From: Solirubrobacterales bacterium
Lineage (GTDB): Bacteria > Actinomycetota > Thermoleophilia > Solirubrobacterales > 70-9
Direction of reading: 5' to 3'
NCBI GenBank assembly: GCA_035712025.1
Contig: DASTBO010000138.1
Span: 4,935 to 68,934, forward strand
DNA length: 64,000 nucleotides
The stretch's first letter is position 1. Each line of letters begins with the position of its first letter. Shown one piece after another: positions 1 to 9,414 of the stretch. Both the position numbers and the translations under genes were made by a program. Below the pieces are notes generated by a model, which saw only the letters and a program-made list of their open reading frames with translations, was not told where the DNA came from and made no database searches.

Positions 1-579
1 GACGTAGGGGCGGTCGTCGAAGGTGCCGACGTAGGTGCGGTCGCCGCGCTCGATCAGCTGCAGCTGGGCGTCTTCGGAGACCTCCTGGCTGAAGCGGACG
101 CAGCGGTAGCAGAGGATGCAGCGCTCGCGGTCGATCGCGACCAGCGGCGAGAGCTCGATCGGCTTCTCGAAGTGGCGCTTTTCGTCGATCACCCGGCTGC
201 GCCCGGGGCCCCAGCCGTAGGAGATGTCCTGCAGCGGGCATTCGCCGCCCTTGTCGCAGACGGGGCAGTCGAGCGGGTGGTTGACGAGGAGGAACTCGAC
301 GACCGCGCTCTGCGCCTCCTTGACCTGCTCGGTGCGGGTGTGGACGACCATCCCCTCGCGCACCGGGGTCGAGCAGGAGGTCTGCAGCTTCGGGATCCCC
401 TCGATCTCGACCAGGCACATGCGGCAGGCGCCGACCGGGTCGCCGAGTTTCGGTTCGTAGCAGAAGTAGGGGATCTCGACGTCGCCCTTGCGGGCGGCGT
501 CGTGGAGCATCTCGCCCTCGACCGCGGCGACCTCGCGGCCGTCGATCGTGATCGTCACCTCGCGTCCGGCCCGGCTCAC
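1..579 (-). CDS. nuoG: NADH-quinone oxidoreductase subunit G, N-terminal part (rest beyond window edge)
   Basis: Not in the ORF track because it runs off the edge. The minus frame is open 579->1 and reads VSRAGREVTITIDGREV..GACRMCLVEIEG..HPLDCPVCDKGGECPLQD..CILCYRCVRF (Fe-S Cys motifs of NuoG). GTG at 579 overlaps the nuoF stop (GTGA). Confidence 0.85.
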   Translation of the reverse strand, partial: MSRAGREVTITIDGREVAAVEGEMLHDAARKGDVEIPYFCYEPKLGDPVGACRMCLVEIEGIPKLQTSCSTPVREGMVVHTRTEQVKEAQSAVVEFLLVNHPLDCPVCDKGGECPLQDISYGWGPGRSRVIDEKRHFEKPIELSPLVAIDRERCILCYRCVRFSQEVSEDAQLQLIERGDRTYVGTFDDRPYV

Positions 580-1904
580 GTCGAGGCCCCCAGCGTCTCC
601 GGCGCGCCGCGGACGACGGCGTGCGGATCGAGGACCAGCTCCGGGTCGGCCATCACCCGCTCGAACTCGTCCCTGAACTTGGCGACCATCGCCCCGACCG
701 GCATCGCCATCGAGTCGCCGAGCACGCAGAGGCAGTGGCCGATGATGTTCTGCTGGACCGAGCTGACGATGTCGAGGTCCATCGGCGTCGCCTCGCCGCG
801 CACCATCCGCTCCAGCATCTTCACCGTCCAGTTGGTGCCCTCGCGGCAGGGGACGCACTTGCCGCAGGACTCGTGGTGGTAGAAGCGCGCCGTGCGCAGC
901 GCCAGGTGCGGGATCGAGACCCGGTCGTCGCAGACGATGATCGAGCCCGAGCCGAGCATCGAGCCCGCCTCGGCCATCGCCTCGAAGCTGTAGGGGAGGT
1001 CGAGGCCCTCCTCGGCGGTGAGGACCGGGGAGGAGGAGCCGCCGGGGAAGAAGGCCTTGATCTCGTGCCCGTCCTCGGGGCCGCCGGCGAGGTCGCAGAT
1101 CAGCTCCCGGGTCGGGATCCCCAGCTCGACCTCGTAGTTGCCCGGGCGCTTGACGCCGCCGGAGATCGAGACCACCTTGGTCCCCGGCGACTGCTCGGTG
1201 CCGAAGCCCTTGAACCACTCGGCGCCGTGGCGGACGATGTGGGGGACGTTGGAGAGCGTCTCGACGTTGTTGATCAGCGTCGGCCCGCCGTAGAGGCCCT
1301 GCACCGCGGGGAAGGGCGGCTTCAGGCGCGGGTTGCCGCGCTTGCCCTCCAGCGCGTCGAGCAGGGCGGTCTCCTCGCCGCAGATGTAGGCGCCGGCGCC
1401 GCGGTGGACGACCAGCTCGAGGTCGCGGTGGCAGCCGAGGATGTTCGTGCCGAGGTAGCCCGCCTCGTAGGCCTCGGCGACGGCGGCGTCGAGGATGTCG
1501 GCCTGCTCGTCGTACTCGCCGCGGATGAAGATGAAGGCGTGGCCGGCGTCGGCGGCCAGCGCCGCGATCGCGATCCCCTCGATCAGCTGGTGCGGGTTGC
1601 GCTGCATCAGCTCGCGGTCCTTGAAGGCGCCGGGCTCGGACTCGTCGGCGTTGCAGCAGAGGTACTTGGCCATGTCGCCGCGCGGCAGGAAGGAGGCCTT
1701 TTTGCCCATCGAGAAGCCGGCGCCGCCGCGGCCGCGCAGGCCCGAGTCTTCGAGCTCCTTGAGGACCTCGTCCTGCTCCATCTCCTTGTAGGCGCGCTCC
1801 AGCGTCTCGTAGCCGCCGGCCAGCCGCCGGTAGCCGTCGAGCGTGCGCAGCGCCGGGTCCTCGGCGTGCTCGAGCAGGACCCGCTTCTCGCGCGGGTCAG
1901 CCAT
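576..1904 (-). CDS. nuoF: NADH-quinone oxidoreductase subunit F
   Basis: 442-aa ORF with GLRGRGGAGF NADH/FMN motif and ESCGKCVPCREG 4Fe-4S motif; sits in nuoA-G order. Confidence 0.95.
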   Translation of the reverse strand: MADPREKRVLLEHAEDPALRTLDGYRRLAGGYETLERAYKEMEQDEVLKELEDSGLRGRGGAGFSMGKKASFLPRGDMAKYLCCNADESEPGAFKDRELMQRNPHQLIEGIAIAALAADAGHAFIFIRGEYDEQADILDAAVAEAYEAGYLGTNILGCHRDLELVVHRGAGAYICGEETALLDALEGKRGNPRLKPPFPAVQGLYGGPTLINNVETLSNVPHIVRHGAEWFKGFGTEQSPGTKVVSISGGVKRPGNYEVELGIPTRELICDLAGGPEDGHEIKAFFPGGSSSPVLTAEEGLDLPYSFEAMAEAGSMLGSGSIIVCDDRVSIPHLALRTARFYHHESCGKCVPCREGTNWTVKMLERMVRGEATPMDLDIVSSVQQNIIGHCLCVLGDSMAMPVGAMVAKFRDEFERVMADPELVLDPHAVVRGAPETLGAST

Positions 1905-2598
1905 CGAAGCCGTCCTCCCCTCCGCTGACGGGACGATTACCGCTTACATCAAGCGCTTTTCGTCCCGTCGGCGGTTCGGTGTCGCCGGCCAAGGGGCGCT
2001 TGGCGAGGGATTTCGCCGGGAGGACCTCCTCGCCGGCGCGCAGCTGGCCGATCGCGATCCCCGCCTCGGCCGCCTCCAGCGGCCCGTAGTAGCGCTGGTC
2101 GATCGAGGCCATCGGGGCGATGTCGCAGGCTCCGAGGCACTCGAACCCGGTGACGAAGAAGTTGGCGTCGTCGCCCTCGGCTGCCGCTTCGAAGGCCTCG
2201 AGCAGGCGGTCGCCGCCGCGCATCCAGCAGCTGATGTTGGTGCAGACCTCGATCCGGTGGGTCCCGACCGGCGAGGTGTGCAGCAGGTCGTAGAAGCTCG
2301 CGACGGACTCAAGGTAGGCGGGGGTGACCCGCATCACCGCGGCGGCCTGGCGGATCCCCTCCGGGGTGCACCAGCCGTAGAGCTCCTGCACCGCCCAGAG
2401 CGCCGGGATCGAGGCCGAGCGGCGGTCCGGGTAGCGGCCCATCAGCGTCTCGATCCGCTCCCGCAGCTGCGGCGGGCAGTCGACCTCGTGCAGCTCGGGG
2501 ATCTGCTCCTCGGAGCGGTCGGGGACCCGGCCCTCGCGGACCGCGGGGTCGACTGGGAGGTTCGGGTTGTGGATGCCGGGACCGTCGACGGGGCTCAT
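1897..2598 (-). CDS. nuoE: NADH-quinone oxidoreductase subunit E (with C-terminal extension)
   Basis: Internal ATG at 2598 overlaps the nuoD stop (ATGA). Thioredoxin-like 2Fe-2S motifs CTNISCWMRG..CLGACDIAP. The N-terminal part of the 453-aa track ORF is an Arg/Pro-rich artefact. Confidence 0.9.
   Translation of the reverse strand: MSPVDGPGIHNPNLPVDPAVREGRVPDRSEEQIPELHEVDCPPQLRERIETLMGRYPDRRSASIPALWAVQELYGWCTPEGIRQAAAVMRVTPAYLESVASFYDLLHTSPVGTHRIEVCTNISCWMRGGDRLLEAFEAAAEGDDANFFVTGFECLGACDIAPMASIDQRYYGPLEAAEAGIAIGQLRAGEEVLPAKSLAKRPLAGDTEPPTGRKALDVSGNRPVSGGEDGFDG
1927..1969. repeat. 43-nt palindromic repeat, copy 1 (inside nuoE 3' coding end)
   Basis: GACGGGACGATTACCGCTTACATCAAGCGCTTTTCGTCCCGTC; 34/43 identical to the reverse complement of 33587-33629; shares the 3' flank GGCGG with that copy. 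Confidence 0.8.
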
Positions 2599-3803
2599 CG
2601 GTCGACCCCCCCGAGGATCGGGTCGAGCATCCCGAGGCTGGCGATCATGTCGGCGACGTAGCCGTCGACCGCCATGTCCCGGAAGGACTGCAGGTTGACG
2701 AAGGAGGGGTCGCGGAAGTGGACCCGGGCCGGCTTCGCCGAGCCGTCGGCGAGGACGAAGCAGCCGAGCTCCCCCCGCGGGCCCTCGATCGAGTAGTAGA
2801 CCTCGCCGGGCGGCACCCGGTAGCCCTCGGTGACCAGCTTGAAGTGGTGGATCAGCGACTCCATCGAGGTCGAGAGCTCCGAGCGCGGCGGCAGCACGTA
2901 CTTGCGGTCGTCGGCGATGAACGGCCCCTCGGGCAGCGCCTCGAGGCACTGGGCGACGATCCGCGCCGACTCGACCATCTCCGCCACCCGCACCCGGTAG
3001 CGGTCGTAGTTGTCGCCGACCGTGCCGACCGGGATCTTGAACTCGACCTCGGGGTAGGCGAGGTAGTCGAAGGCCTTGCGCAGGTCCCAGGGGTCGCCGG
3101 CGGCGCGCAGCAGCGGCCCGGTCACGCCCAGCTCCAGCAGCCGCTCGCGGGAGACGACCCCGGTCCCTTTGGTCCGCTGCAGGAAGACCTCGTTGCGGTC
3201 GAGCAGGTCCTGGTACTGGCCGACCCGGATCGGCATTTCCTCGGCGAAGGCGCGGCACTTGGCCTCGAAGCCGACGGGGATGTCCTCGATCACGCCGCCG
3301 ACCTGGAAGTAGCGGGTGTGCATCCGCTGCCCGGTCGCCATCTCGAACAGGTCGAGGATCTTGTCGCGCTCGCGGAAGCAGTACCAGAGCATCGAGATCG
3401 CGCCGAGGTCGAGCGCCGTGGTGCCGAGCCAGACGAGGTGCGAGTGGATCCGGTTGAGCTCGAGGAAGAGCGTTCGCAGGTACCTGGCGCGGGGCGGGAT
3501 CTCGAGGTCGATCAGCCGCTCGACCGCGCCGCAGTAGGCCTCCATCTGGAAGAAGTAGGAGACGTAGTCCATCCGCTCGACGAAGGGGATGACCTTCCAG
3601 TAGCTCTTGTCCTCGCAGGACTTTTCGATCCCGGTGTGGACGTAGCCGATCACCGGCCGCAGCTCGCGCACCATCTCGCCTTCGAGGTCGACGACGAGGC
3701 GGAGGACGCCGTGGGTCGCCGGGTGGTGCGGCCCGACGTTGACGGTCATCAGCTCGCGGTCGCGGTCGGGCGCCTGCTCGGCGAAGGCGGTCGTCTCAGT
3801 CAT
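2595..3803 (-). CDS. nuoD: NADH-quinone oxidoreductase subunit D
   Basis: 402 aa, MTVNVGPHHPATHGVLRL.. typical 49-kDa subunit; overlaps nuoC and nuoE junctions. Confidence 0.95.
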   Translation of the reverse strand: MTETTAFAEQAPDRDRELMTVNVGPHHPATHGVLRLVVDLEGEMVRELRPVIGYVHTGIEKSCEDKSYWKVIPFVERMDYVSYFFQMEAYCGAVERLIDLEIPPRARYLRTLFLELNRIHSHLVWLGTTALDLGAISMLWYCFRERDKILDLFEMATGQRMHTRYFQVGGVIEDIPVGFEAKCRAFAEEMPIRVGQYQDLLDRNEVFLQRTKGTGVVSRERLLELGVTGPLLRAAGDPWDLRKAFDYLAYPEVEFKIPVGTVGDNYDRYRVRVAEMVESARIVAQCLEALPEGPFIADDRKYVLPPRSELSTSMESLIHHFKLVTEGYRVPPGEVYYSIEGPRGELGCFVLADGSAKPARVHFRDPSFVNLQSFRDMAVDGYVADMIASLGMLDPILGGVDR

Positions 3804-4314
3804 AGCGCTGCTCCGAGTAGGTGAAGGCGACCGGCTCGCCGCCGATCGGGAAGTCGCGCCGCTGCGGCCAGCCGACGTAGTCGTCGGGCAGCAGGATCCG
3901 GGTCAGGTTCGGGTGGCCGCGGAAGACGATCCCGAAGAAGTCGAAGGCCTCGCGCTCCTGCGCCTCGGCGGTCGGGAAGAGCCCGACGCAGGAGTCGATC
4001 TCCGGCAGCTCCTCGGCGCCCGGGTCGGCCAGCATCGCCTTGACGCGGACGCGCTCGACCCGGTCGCGGTTGATCAGCTCGTAGTGGACGCCGAAGCGCG
4101 GTTCGTTCGGCAGGTAGTCGGCGGCGTGGAGGCTGGAGAGGAAGTCGTAGCGCTGGCCCGGCTGGTCGCGGAGCCAGGTCAGGACCTCGATCACCCGCTC
4201 GGGGTCGGCCAGCAGCGCCGCCTGGGCGCGGTCGTAGGAGGTCGCGAGCACGGCACCGGGGCAGTCGCGCTCGATTTCCCCCCGGATCAGCTCCAGTCCG
4301 GGGGCGTCAGGCAA
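3796..4314 (-). CDS. nuoC: NADH-quinone oxidoreductase subunit C
   Basis: 172 aa 30-kDa subunit-like sequence (..[25 protein letters not shown]..) between nuoB and nuoD. Confidence 0.9.
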   Translation of the reverse strand: MPDAPGLELIRGEIERDCPGAVLATSYDRAQAALLADPERVIEVLTWLRDQPGQRYDFLSSLHAADYLPNEPRFGVHYELINRDRVERVRVKAMLADPGAEELPEIDSCVGLFPTAEAQEREAFDFFGIVFRGHPNLTRILLPDDYVGWPQRRDFPIGGEPVAFTYSEQRYD

Positions 4315-4924
4315 GGGTCAGCTCCCGCGCCTCCCGGTAGGCCTCGGCGGCCTCCGGCGTCGGTTCGCTGCGCGGCCCGCCGCGCGCCCACTCCTCGGTC
4401 CCGTAGGCGTCGTAGCGCTGGCGCCAGCTCTGGTCCGGGCTGCCCTGGATCTTGCGCTGCAGCTTGGTGAAGCCGTAGAGGACCGCCTCCGGCCGCGGCG
4501 GGCAGCCGGGCACGTAGATGTCGACCGGCATGAACTTGTCGGCGCCCTGGACGACGGCGTAGTTGGCGAACATCCCCGCCGAGGAGGAGCAGGCGCCCAT
4601 CGCCATCACCCACTTCGGCTCCAGCATCTGGTCGTAGAGGCGGCGGACGACCGGCGCCATTTTGATGCTGACCCGGCCCGAGAGGATGATCAGGTCGGCC
4701 TGGCGCGGGGAGGCGCGCAGCGCCTCGGCGCCGAAGCGGGCGAGGTCGTAGCGGGCGGTGACGATCGAGATCGGCGCCTCGATCGCGCAGCAGGCGAGGC
4801 CGAAGGTGAGCGGGAAGATCGAGTTCGACCGGGCCCAGTTCTGGACCTTCTCGAAGGTGGTGGTGACGACCCGCTCTTCGACGTAGCGCTCGAGGTCCTC
4901 GCCCTCGAGGTCGCCGCGCAGCAT
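4307..4924 (-). CDS. nuoB: NADH-quinone oxidoreductase subunit B
   Basis: ATG at 4924 inside the 361-aa track [32 protein letters not shown]2-cluster motifs. The upstream part of the ORF is Arg/Pro-rich and overlaps nuoA. Confidence 0.85.
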   Translation of the reverse strand: MLRGDLEGEDLERYVEERVVTTTFEKVQNWARSNSIFPLTFGLACCAIEAPISIVTARYDLARFGAEALRASPRQADLIILSGRVSIKMAPVVRRLYDQMLEPKWVMAMGACSSSAGMFANYAVVQGADKFMPVDIYVPGCPPRPEAVLYGFTKLQRKIQGSPDQSWRQRYDAYGTEEWARGGPRSEPTPEAAEAYREARELTLA

Positions 4925-4965
4925 CGCCCGGGCGTCCACCTGCTTCTCTCGCAGGCTGCGGCGCT

Positions 4966-5343
4966 CTACCTCCAATCCAGGGCCCCCTTGCGCCAGACGT
5001 AGACGAAGGCGACGAGCAGGAGGACGACGAAGGTGATCAGCTCGCCGAGGACGAAGACGCTGTCGGCGTCCTTGAGGATCGCCCCGATCGGATAGAGGAA
5101 GACGACCTCGATGTCGAAGAGGATGAAGAGCATCGCGACGAGGTAGAAGGTCACCCCGAAGCGCAGCCCCTTGGTCGGCTCGACCGGGATCCCGGACTCG
5201 TAGGGCTCGCCCTGGCGCCTGCTCGCCGCGGTCGGGCGCGCCGGCTTCTTCGGGCCGAGCAGGTGGTTCAGCATCGCGAAGACGCTGCCGACCGTGAGGC
5301 CGAGGAAGGCGAAGACGAGGATCGGGAGGTAGGTCTTGAGCAC
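4966..5343 (-). CDS. nuoA: NADH-quinone oxidoreductase subunit A
   Basis: 125 aa, three TM segments, ..[17 protein letters not shown].. motif; GTG start; first gene of the operon. Confidence 0.9.
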   Translation of the reverse strand: MLKTYLPILVFAFLGLTVGSVFAMLNHLLGPKKPARPTAASRRQGEPYESGIPVEPTKGLRFGVTFYLVAMLFILFDIEVVFLYPIGAILKDADSVFVLGELITFVVLLLVAFVYVWRKGALDWR

Positions 5344-5457
5344 GGGGCGGAGAAATGGCCGGAACCGCTGTTATACACCGACATTGTGACAACTTGCTAC
5401 ATAGTGGCTTTCCGCATCAGCAAGCCGAATCCCGACCCCTCTAGGCGGGATTAAGCA

Positions 5458-5889
5458 GTGCTCGGCCTGCACATCGCCGTCGGCATCCTGCTGATCGTCC
5501 TCAACGCCGCCGCGGGCCTGGTCGGCGGCATCGCCTGGTACCGCAACCGGCCCTCGATCCCCTTCTGGTACCTGCTGCGCGCGGCCCAGGCCGCGGTCTT
5601 CGTCCAGGCCCTGCTCGGCGGCCTCCTCGTCGTCACCAACCACGAGCCCGAGGAAGGTCTCCACTACCTCTACGGAATCCTCCCCCTCGTCGTCTCCTTC
5701 ATCGCCGAAGGCGCCCGCCTCGACGCCGCCCAGCGCGAGGTGGGGGACCTCGACCCGGAGTCCCTCACCGCCGACGAGCAGGAGTCCCTTGCCCTCGCCA
5801 TCGTCCGCCGGGAGATGGGAATCATGGCCGTCAGCTGCGGCGTGATCTTCTTCCTGGGATTGCGGGCGGCCGGGACCAGCGGGCTCTAG
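5458..5889 (+). CDS. hypothetical integral membrane protein
   Basis: 143-aa ORF, GTG start, four hydrophobic segments, normal high-GC codon pattern; no family recognised. Confidence 0.6.
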   Translation: MLGLHIAVGILLIVLNAAAGLVGGIAWYRNRPSIPFWYLLRAAQAAVFVQALLGGLLVVTNHEPEEGLHYLYGILPLVVSFIAEGARLDAAQREVGDLDPESLTADEQESLALAIVRREMGIMAVSCGVIFFLGLRAAGTSGL

Positions 5890-6329
5890 GTCGAGACCGG
5901 CCGGCTGCTCGCGGTCCGGTCCTGGCCGATCTGGATCGCGGCCACGATCGAGAAGACGACGGCGGTCGCCAGGTGGAAGATCGCGTCGTTGACGTTGCTC
6001 GGGAAGGTGAAGACGTAGGCCGGCTGTTCCTCGAAGAGGGCCCAGACGCCGGTGACGCAGAGGGCGGCGGCGATGTAGAGCACGTAGTAGAGCGCCCAGT
6101 CGGGGCGGCGGCAGAAGTAGAGGGCGGGGCCGAAGAGGAGCAGGCCCGAAAGGGCGTGGATGCCGTTGAAGTCGACCCAGAGGACCTTCTCGGTCGGCGC
6201 GCCGGCCCCGATGTGGAAGCTCGGCTCGGCGACGAAGCCGGCCAGCGCCCAGATCAACTCCAGGGTGGCGAGGATCAGCAGCGCCTTCTGGGCAAAGGTC
6301 CAATTCTTCAAAGCGGAAGCGAGCACCAT
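5886..6329 (-). CDS. small membrane protein (DUF4383-like)
   Basis: ATG at 6329 within the 223-aa track ORF. 147 aa with 4 TM segments (..FNGIHALSGLLLFG..AIFHLATAVVF..). The upstream part is an Arg-rich artefact. Confidence 0.6.
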   Translation of the reverse strand: MVLASALKNWTFAQKALLILATLELIWALAGFVAEPSFHIGAGAPTEKVLWVDFNGIHALSGLLLFGPALYFCRRPDWALYYVLYIAAALCVTGVWALFEEQPAYVFTFPSNVNDAIFHLATAVVFSIVAAIQIGQDRTASSRPVST

Positions 6330-6361
6330 ATAGGTGCTCAATTCCGCTCGGAGATTCTTTC

Positions 6362-6838
6362 CTAAGAGAGCGGGCGGTACTCGCCGGCGTGGAAGACGAG
6401 GGGGTCGCCGTCGCGCGCCTCGAGGGCGCGGACTTCGCCGGTGACGATCACGTGGTCGCCGGCGGAGATCACGTCGCGCAGGTCGCAGGCGATCCAGATC
6501 AGGGCGTCCTCGATGGCGGGAATCCCCTCGCGCTCGCCCCAGGCGACGCCGGACCACTTCTCCGCCACCGGCGCCTTGGTGGCGAAGGCGCGGGCGATCG
6601 GCTCCTGGCCGGCGCGGAGGACGCTGACGCCGAAGCTGTCCGCGGCCTGGACGGCGAGCAGGGTGCGGGAGCCGCGGTCGAGGCAGGCGAGCATCATCAT
6701 CGGCTCGATCGAGAGCGAGGAGACCGCGTTGGCGGTTGCTCCCGCCGGCCCGTCCGGCCCGTTGGCGGTGACGATCGTGACCCCCGTCGGGAGTCCCGAC
6801 ATGGCGCTGCGGAAGGCGGCTGGATCGGGCGCGGGCAT
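6362..6838 (-). CDS. flavin reductase-like FMN-binding (split-barrel) protein
   Basis: ATG at 6838; FRSAMSGLPTGVTIVT..ANAVSSLSIEPMMMLACL.. typical flavin reductase domain. Confidence 0.8.
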   Translation of the reverse strand: MPAPDPAAFRSAMSGLPTGVTIVTANGPDGPAGATANAVSSLSIEPMMMLACLDRGSRTLLAVQAADSFGVSVLRAGQEPIARAFATKAPVAEKWSGVAWGEREGIPAIEDALIWIACDLRDVISAGDHVIVTGEVRALEARDGDPLVFHAGEYRPLS

Positions 6839-6883
6839 CGTCAGGAAGGCTGGATCGGCTCCAGACAATATGATGCCCGCCGC

Positions 6884-7285
6884 ATGCGTCCAGCGCTGAT
6901 CATCGGAATGATCCTCGCCGCCGTCCTCGGCCTCTCGGCCTGCGGCTTCGGCGAAGAGAAGCTCTCCGTCTCCCAGGACGACCCCGACTACAACGGGGCG
7001 GTCCTCTTCTCGACCCACTGCTCGGGCTGCCACACGCTCACCGCCGCCGGCACCCAGGGCAGCGGCAACCGCGGCGAGCGGACCCAGGGGCCGAACCTGA
7101 ACCAGCGCACCGAGACCTTCGACGACGCCCTCTTCGCGATCCAGAACGGCGGCTTCTCCGGGGCGATCATGCCCCAGAACATCGTCGTCGGCGAGGAGGC
7201 CGACGCGGTCGCCGAGTTCGTCGCCAAGTACGCGGGCTCGGAAGCGGAAGAGTCGCCGCGCCCCGGCGAAACCGCGACTCCCTGA
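6884..7285 (+). CDS. c-type cytochrome lipoprotein
   Basis: ATG at 6884; lipobox LGLSAC and heme motif CSGCH with distal Met (GAIMPQN). Confidence 0.8.
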   Translation: MRPALIIGMILAAVLGLSACGFGEEKLSVSQDDPDYNGAVLFSTHCSGCHTLTAAGTQGSGNRGERTQGPNLNQRTETFDDALFAIQNGGFSGAIMPQNIVVGEEADAVAEFVAKYAGSEAEESPRPGETATP

Positions 7286-7298
7286 CCGGGCCCCCACC

Positions 7299-8576
7299 AT
7301 GCTTGACCTGAAGGCCATCCGCTCAGAGCCCGAGCGGTTCAAACAGGCGTTGGCGCGTCGCGGCGCCGCCGAGAAGGTCGACGAGCTTCTCGCCCTCGAC
7401 GCCCGCCGGCGCGAGCTGCTGCCCGAGGTCGAGAGCGCCCAGGCCGAGCGCAAGGCGCTCTCCAAGCAGATCGGCGCCCGCAAAGGGGCGGGCGAAGACG
7501 CCGAGGCCGAGAGGCTGATGGCGACCGTCGCCGAGCTGAAGCAGCGGATCGAGTCCGGCAAGGCGGAGCTGGAGGAGGTCGACGCCAGGCTCGGCGAGCT
7601 GGCGCTGACGCTCCCCAACCTCCCCGATCCCGACGCGCCGGAAGGGATGACCGAGGAGGACGCGGTCGTCGTCCGCGAGGTCGGCGAGCCGCCGCGGTTC
7701 GAGTTCGAGCCGCGCGACCACCTCGAGATCGGGACCGAGCTCGGGCTGATCGAGATGGAGGCGGGGGCGAGACTCTCCGGCTCGCGCTTCGCCTACCTGA
7801 AGGGCGACCTCGTCCTCCTCGAGCTGGCGCTGGTCCGCTTCGCGATCGAGACCGTCCGCGCCGAGGGGCACGAGCCGGTGGTGCCGCCGGTCCTGGTCCG
7901 CGAGGAGGCGCTGGAGGGCACCGGGTTCCTGCCCGGCGACCGCGACCAGATCTACGAGATCCCCAAGGACGACCTCTTCCTCACCGGCACCTCCGAGGTC
8001 GCGCTCGCCGGCCTGCACGCCGACGAGATCCTCGCCGCCGAGGCGCTGCCGCTGCGCTACTGCGCCTTCTCGACCTGCTTCCGCCGCGAGGCCGGCGCCG
8101 CCGGCCGCGACACCCGCGGCATCTTCCGCGTCCACCAGTTCGACAAGGTCGAGATGTTCTCGTTCGTCGAGCCGGAGGCCTCGGGCGATGAGCACGAGCG
8201 GCTGCTGGCGATCGAGGAGCGGATCCTCGGCGAGCTGGAGATCCCGTACCGCGTCGTCAACGTCGCCGTCGGCGACCTCGGCGACCCGGCGGCGAAGAAG
8301 TACGACTGCGAGGCCTGGATCCCGAGCCAGGGCCGCCACCGCGAGCTGACCTCCTGCTCGAACACGACCGACTATCAGGCCCGCCGCCTCGGGGCCCGCT
8401 TTCGCCCGGCGGAGGGCGAGGCGCCGCGGCCGGTCCACACGCTCAACGGCACCGCCTGCGCGGTCGGGCGCACGATCATCGCCCTGATCGAGAATCGCCA
8501 GGAAAGCGACGGAGGTTTCACGCTACCCAAAATTTTGCATCCGTACGGTTCGCCTGAAAGAATCGGCCCCGCATGA
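7299..8576 (+). CDS. serS: seryl-tRNA synthetase
   Basis: 425 aa; MLDLKAIR.. N-terminal coiled coil, class II motifs FRREAG..GIFRVHQF, GTACAVGRTIIALIEN. Confidence 0.95.
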   Translation: MLDLKAIRSEPERFKQALARRGAAEKVDELLALDARRRELLPEVESAQAERKALSKQIGARKGAGEDAEAERLMATVAELKQRIESGKAELEEVDARLGELALTLPNLPDPDAPEGMTEEDAVVVREVGEPPRFEFEPRDHLEIGTELGLIEMEAGARLSGSRFAYLKGDLVLLELALVRFAIETVRAEGHEPVVPPVLVREEALEGTGFLPGDRDQIYEIPKDDLFLTGTSEVALAGLHADEILAAEALPLRYCAFSTCFRREAGAAGRDTRGIFRVHQFDKVEMFSFVEPEASGDEHERLLAIEERILGELEIPYRVVNVAVGDLGDPAAKKYDCEAWIPSQGRHRELTSCSNTTDYQARRLGARFRPAEGEAPRPVHTLNGTACAVGRTIIALIENRQESDGGFTLPKILHPYGSPERIGPA

Positions 8577-9226
8577 GTACGAGCGTCCGTGAGGCCAAGC
8601 GTGTTGTGCTCTGCGACGACCACGAGATCGTCCGCGAGGCGATCAAGGCGCGCATGGCGAACTCCCCCATTGTCGAGATCGTCGGCGAGGCCGGGAACGG
8701 CCGCGACGTCGTCGGCGTGGTCAAAGACCTCGAACCCGACGTCCTGATCATCGACGTCGAGCTGCCCAAGCGCGACGGGATCGAGGCGACCAAGGAGGTC
8801 CTCAAAGTCCGCCCGCGGACCAAAGTGATCATCTTCACCGCCCACGCCCAGCCGGACCTCCTGGCCCTGGCGCTGCGGGCCGGCGCCTCCGGCTACGTGC
8901 TCAAGTCGGCGCCGGCGGAGGACATCGCCAAAGCGGTGAAAGCGGTGACCGGGGGAGGGACCTTCCTCGGCGGCGACTTCGCCGGCGGCAAGCCCTCGGA
9001 GGTCGAGAAGCTGCTCGAGCTCTCGCCCCGCGAGCGCCAGATCCTCGAGCTCCTCGCCGAGGGGCTGCGGGTCAAAGAAATCGCCGACCGCCTGCAGCTC
9101 AGCCCGGCGACCGTCCACACCCACGTGCGGAACGCGATCGCCAAGCTCGAGGTCGACACCCGTACCGAGGCGGTGGCCCTGGCCGTGCGCTTCAGCTACC
9201 TCGGCGCCGGCGGCGGCGCCCTCTAA
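8573..9226 (+). CDS. NarL/LuxR-family response regulator
   Basis: 217 aa; receiver domain (DDHEIVRE..DVLIIDVELPKRDG) plus LuxR HTH (LSPRERQILELLAEGLRVKEIADRLQLSPATVHTH). ATGA overlap with the serS stop. No cognate kinase adjacent. Confidence 0.9.
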   Translation: MSTSVREAKRVVLCDDHEIVREAIKARMANSPIVEIVGEAGNGRDVVGVVKDLEPDVLIIDVELPKRDGIEATKEVLKVRPRTKVIIFTAHAQPDLLALALRAGASGYVLKSAPAEDIAKAVKAVTGGGTFLGGDFAGGKPSEVEKLLELSPRERQILELLAEGLRVKEIADRLQLSPATVHTHVRNAIAKLEVDTRTEAVALAVRFSYLGAGGGAL

Positions 9227-9414
9227 AGCCTGCGGGCGTCCTTACGCCTGCTCAGCTTCTCCGCGGCTCAGCAGCTCGTGCAGCTCGTGCGGCTCTGCCG
9301 GCCAAATTGAAACAGCTACGTACCAGCTTCATCTGTTCTTAACCTTGAATTGGTTGACCTCCACGCGCGCCACTTATAGACATTGCCGTACCGCCGGCAA
9401 CGGGTGTCACGGGA

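Noticed and set aside
175-186. 12-nt exact match (GCGCTTTTCGTC) to the nuoE copy of the palindromic repeat, inside nuoG.
   Set aside because: The flanks do not align and there is no palindromic partner. It falls in the conserved NuoG coding sequence (..DEKRH..). A chance match is plausible.
5395-5440. Possible degenerate repeat copy in the nuoA upstream region (GGGGTCGGGATTCGGCTTGCTGATGCGGAAAGCC on the minus strand).
   Set aside because: Similarity is limited to the left half, and the right arm is missing. I treat the region as a generic AT-richer divergent promoter region.
7286-7298. T-box or other leader upstream of serS.
   Set aside because: There is only a 13-nt gap after the cytochrome c gene, which leaves no room for a riboswitch or leader.
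7318-7355. CCGCTCAGAGCCCGAGCGGTTCAAAC in the serS 5' end resembles the repeat core (CCGCTC..GAGCGG).
   Set aside because: It encodes the conserved SerRS N-terminus (IRSEPERFK) and lacks the GACGGG/CCCGTC outer stem.
9271-9288. Tandem 9-mer GCAGCTCGT x2 downstream of the LuxR-type regulator gene.
   Set aside because: Only two units, with no further structure. Probably trivial slippage or part of a weak terminator.
9354-9382. TTGACC ... TATAGA promoter-like hexamers upstream of the giant gene.
   Set aside because: The spacer is 15 nt, and the -10 candidates do not fit TAnnnT at a proper distance. Too weak to call.
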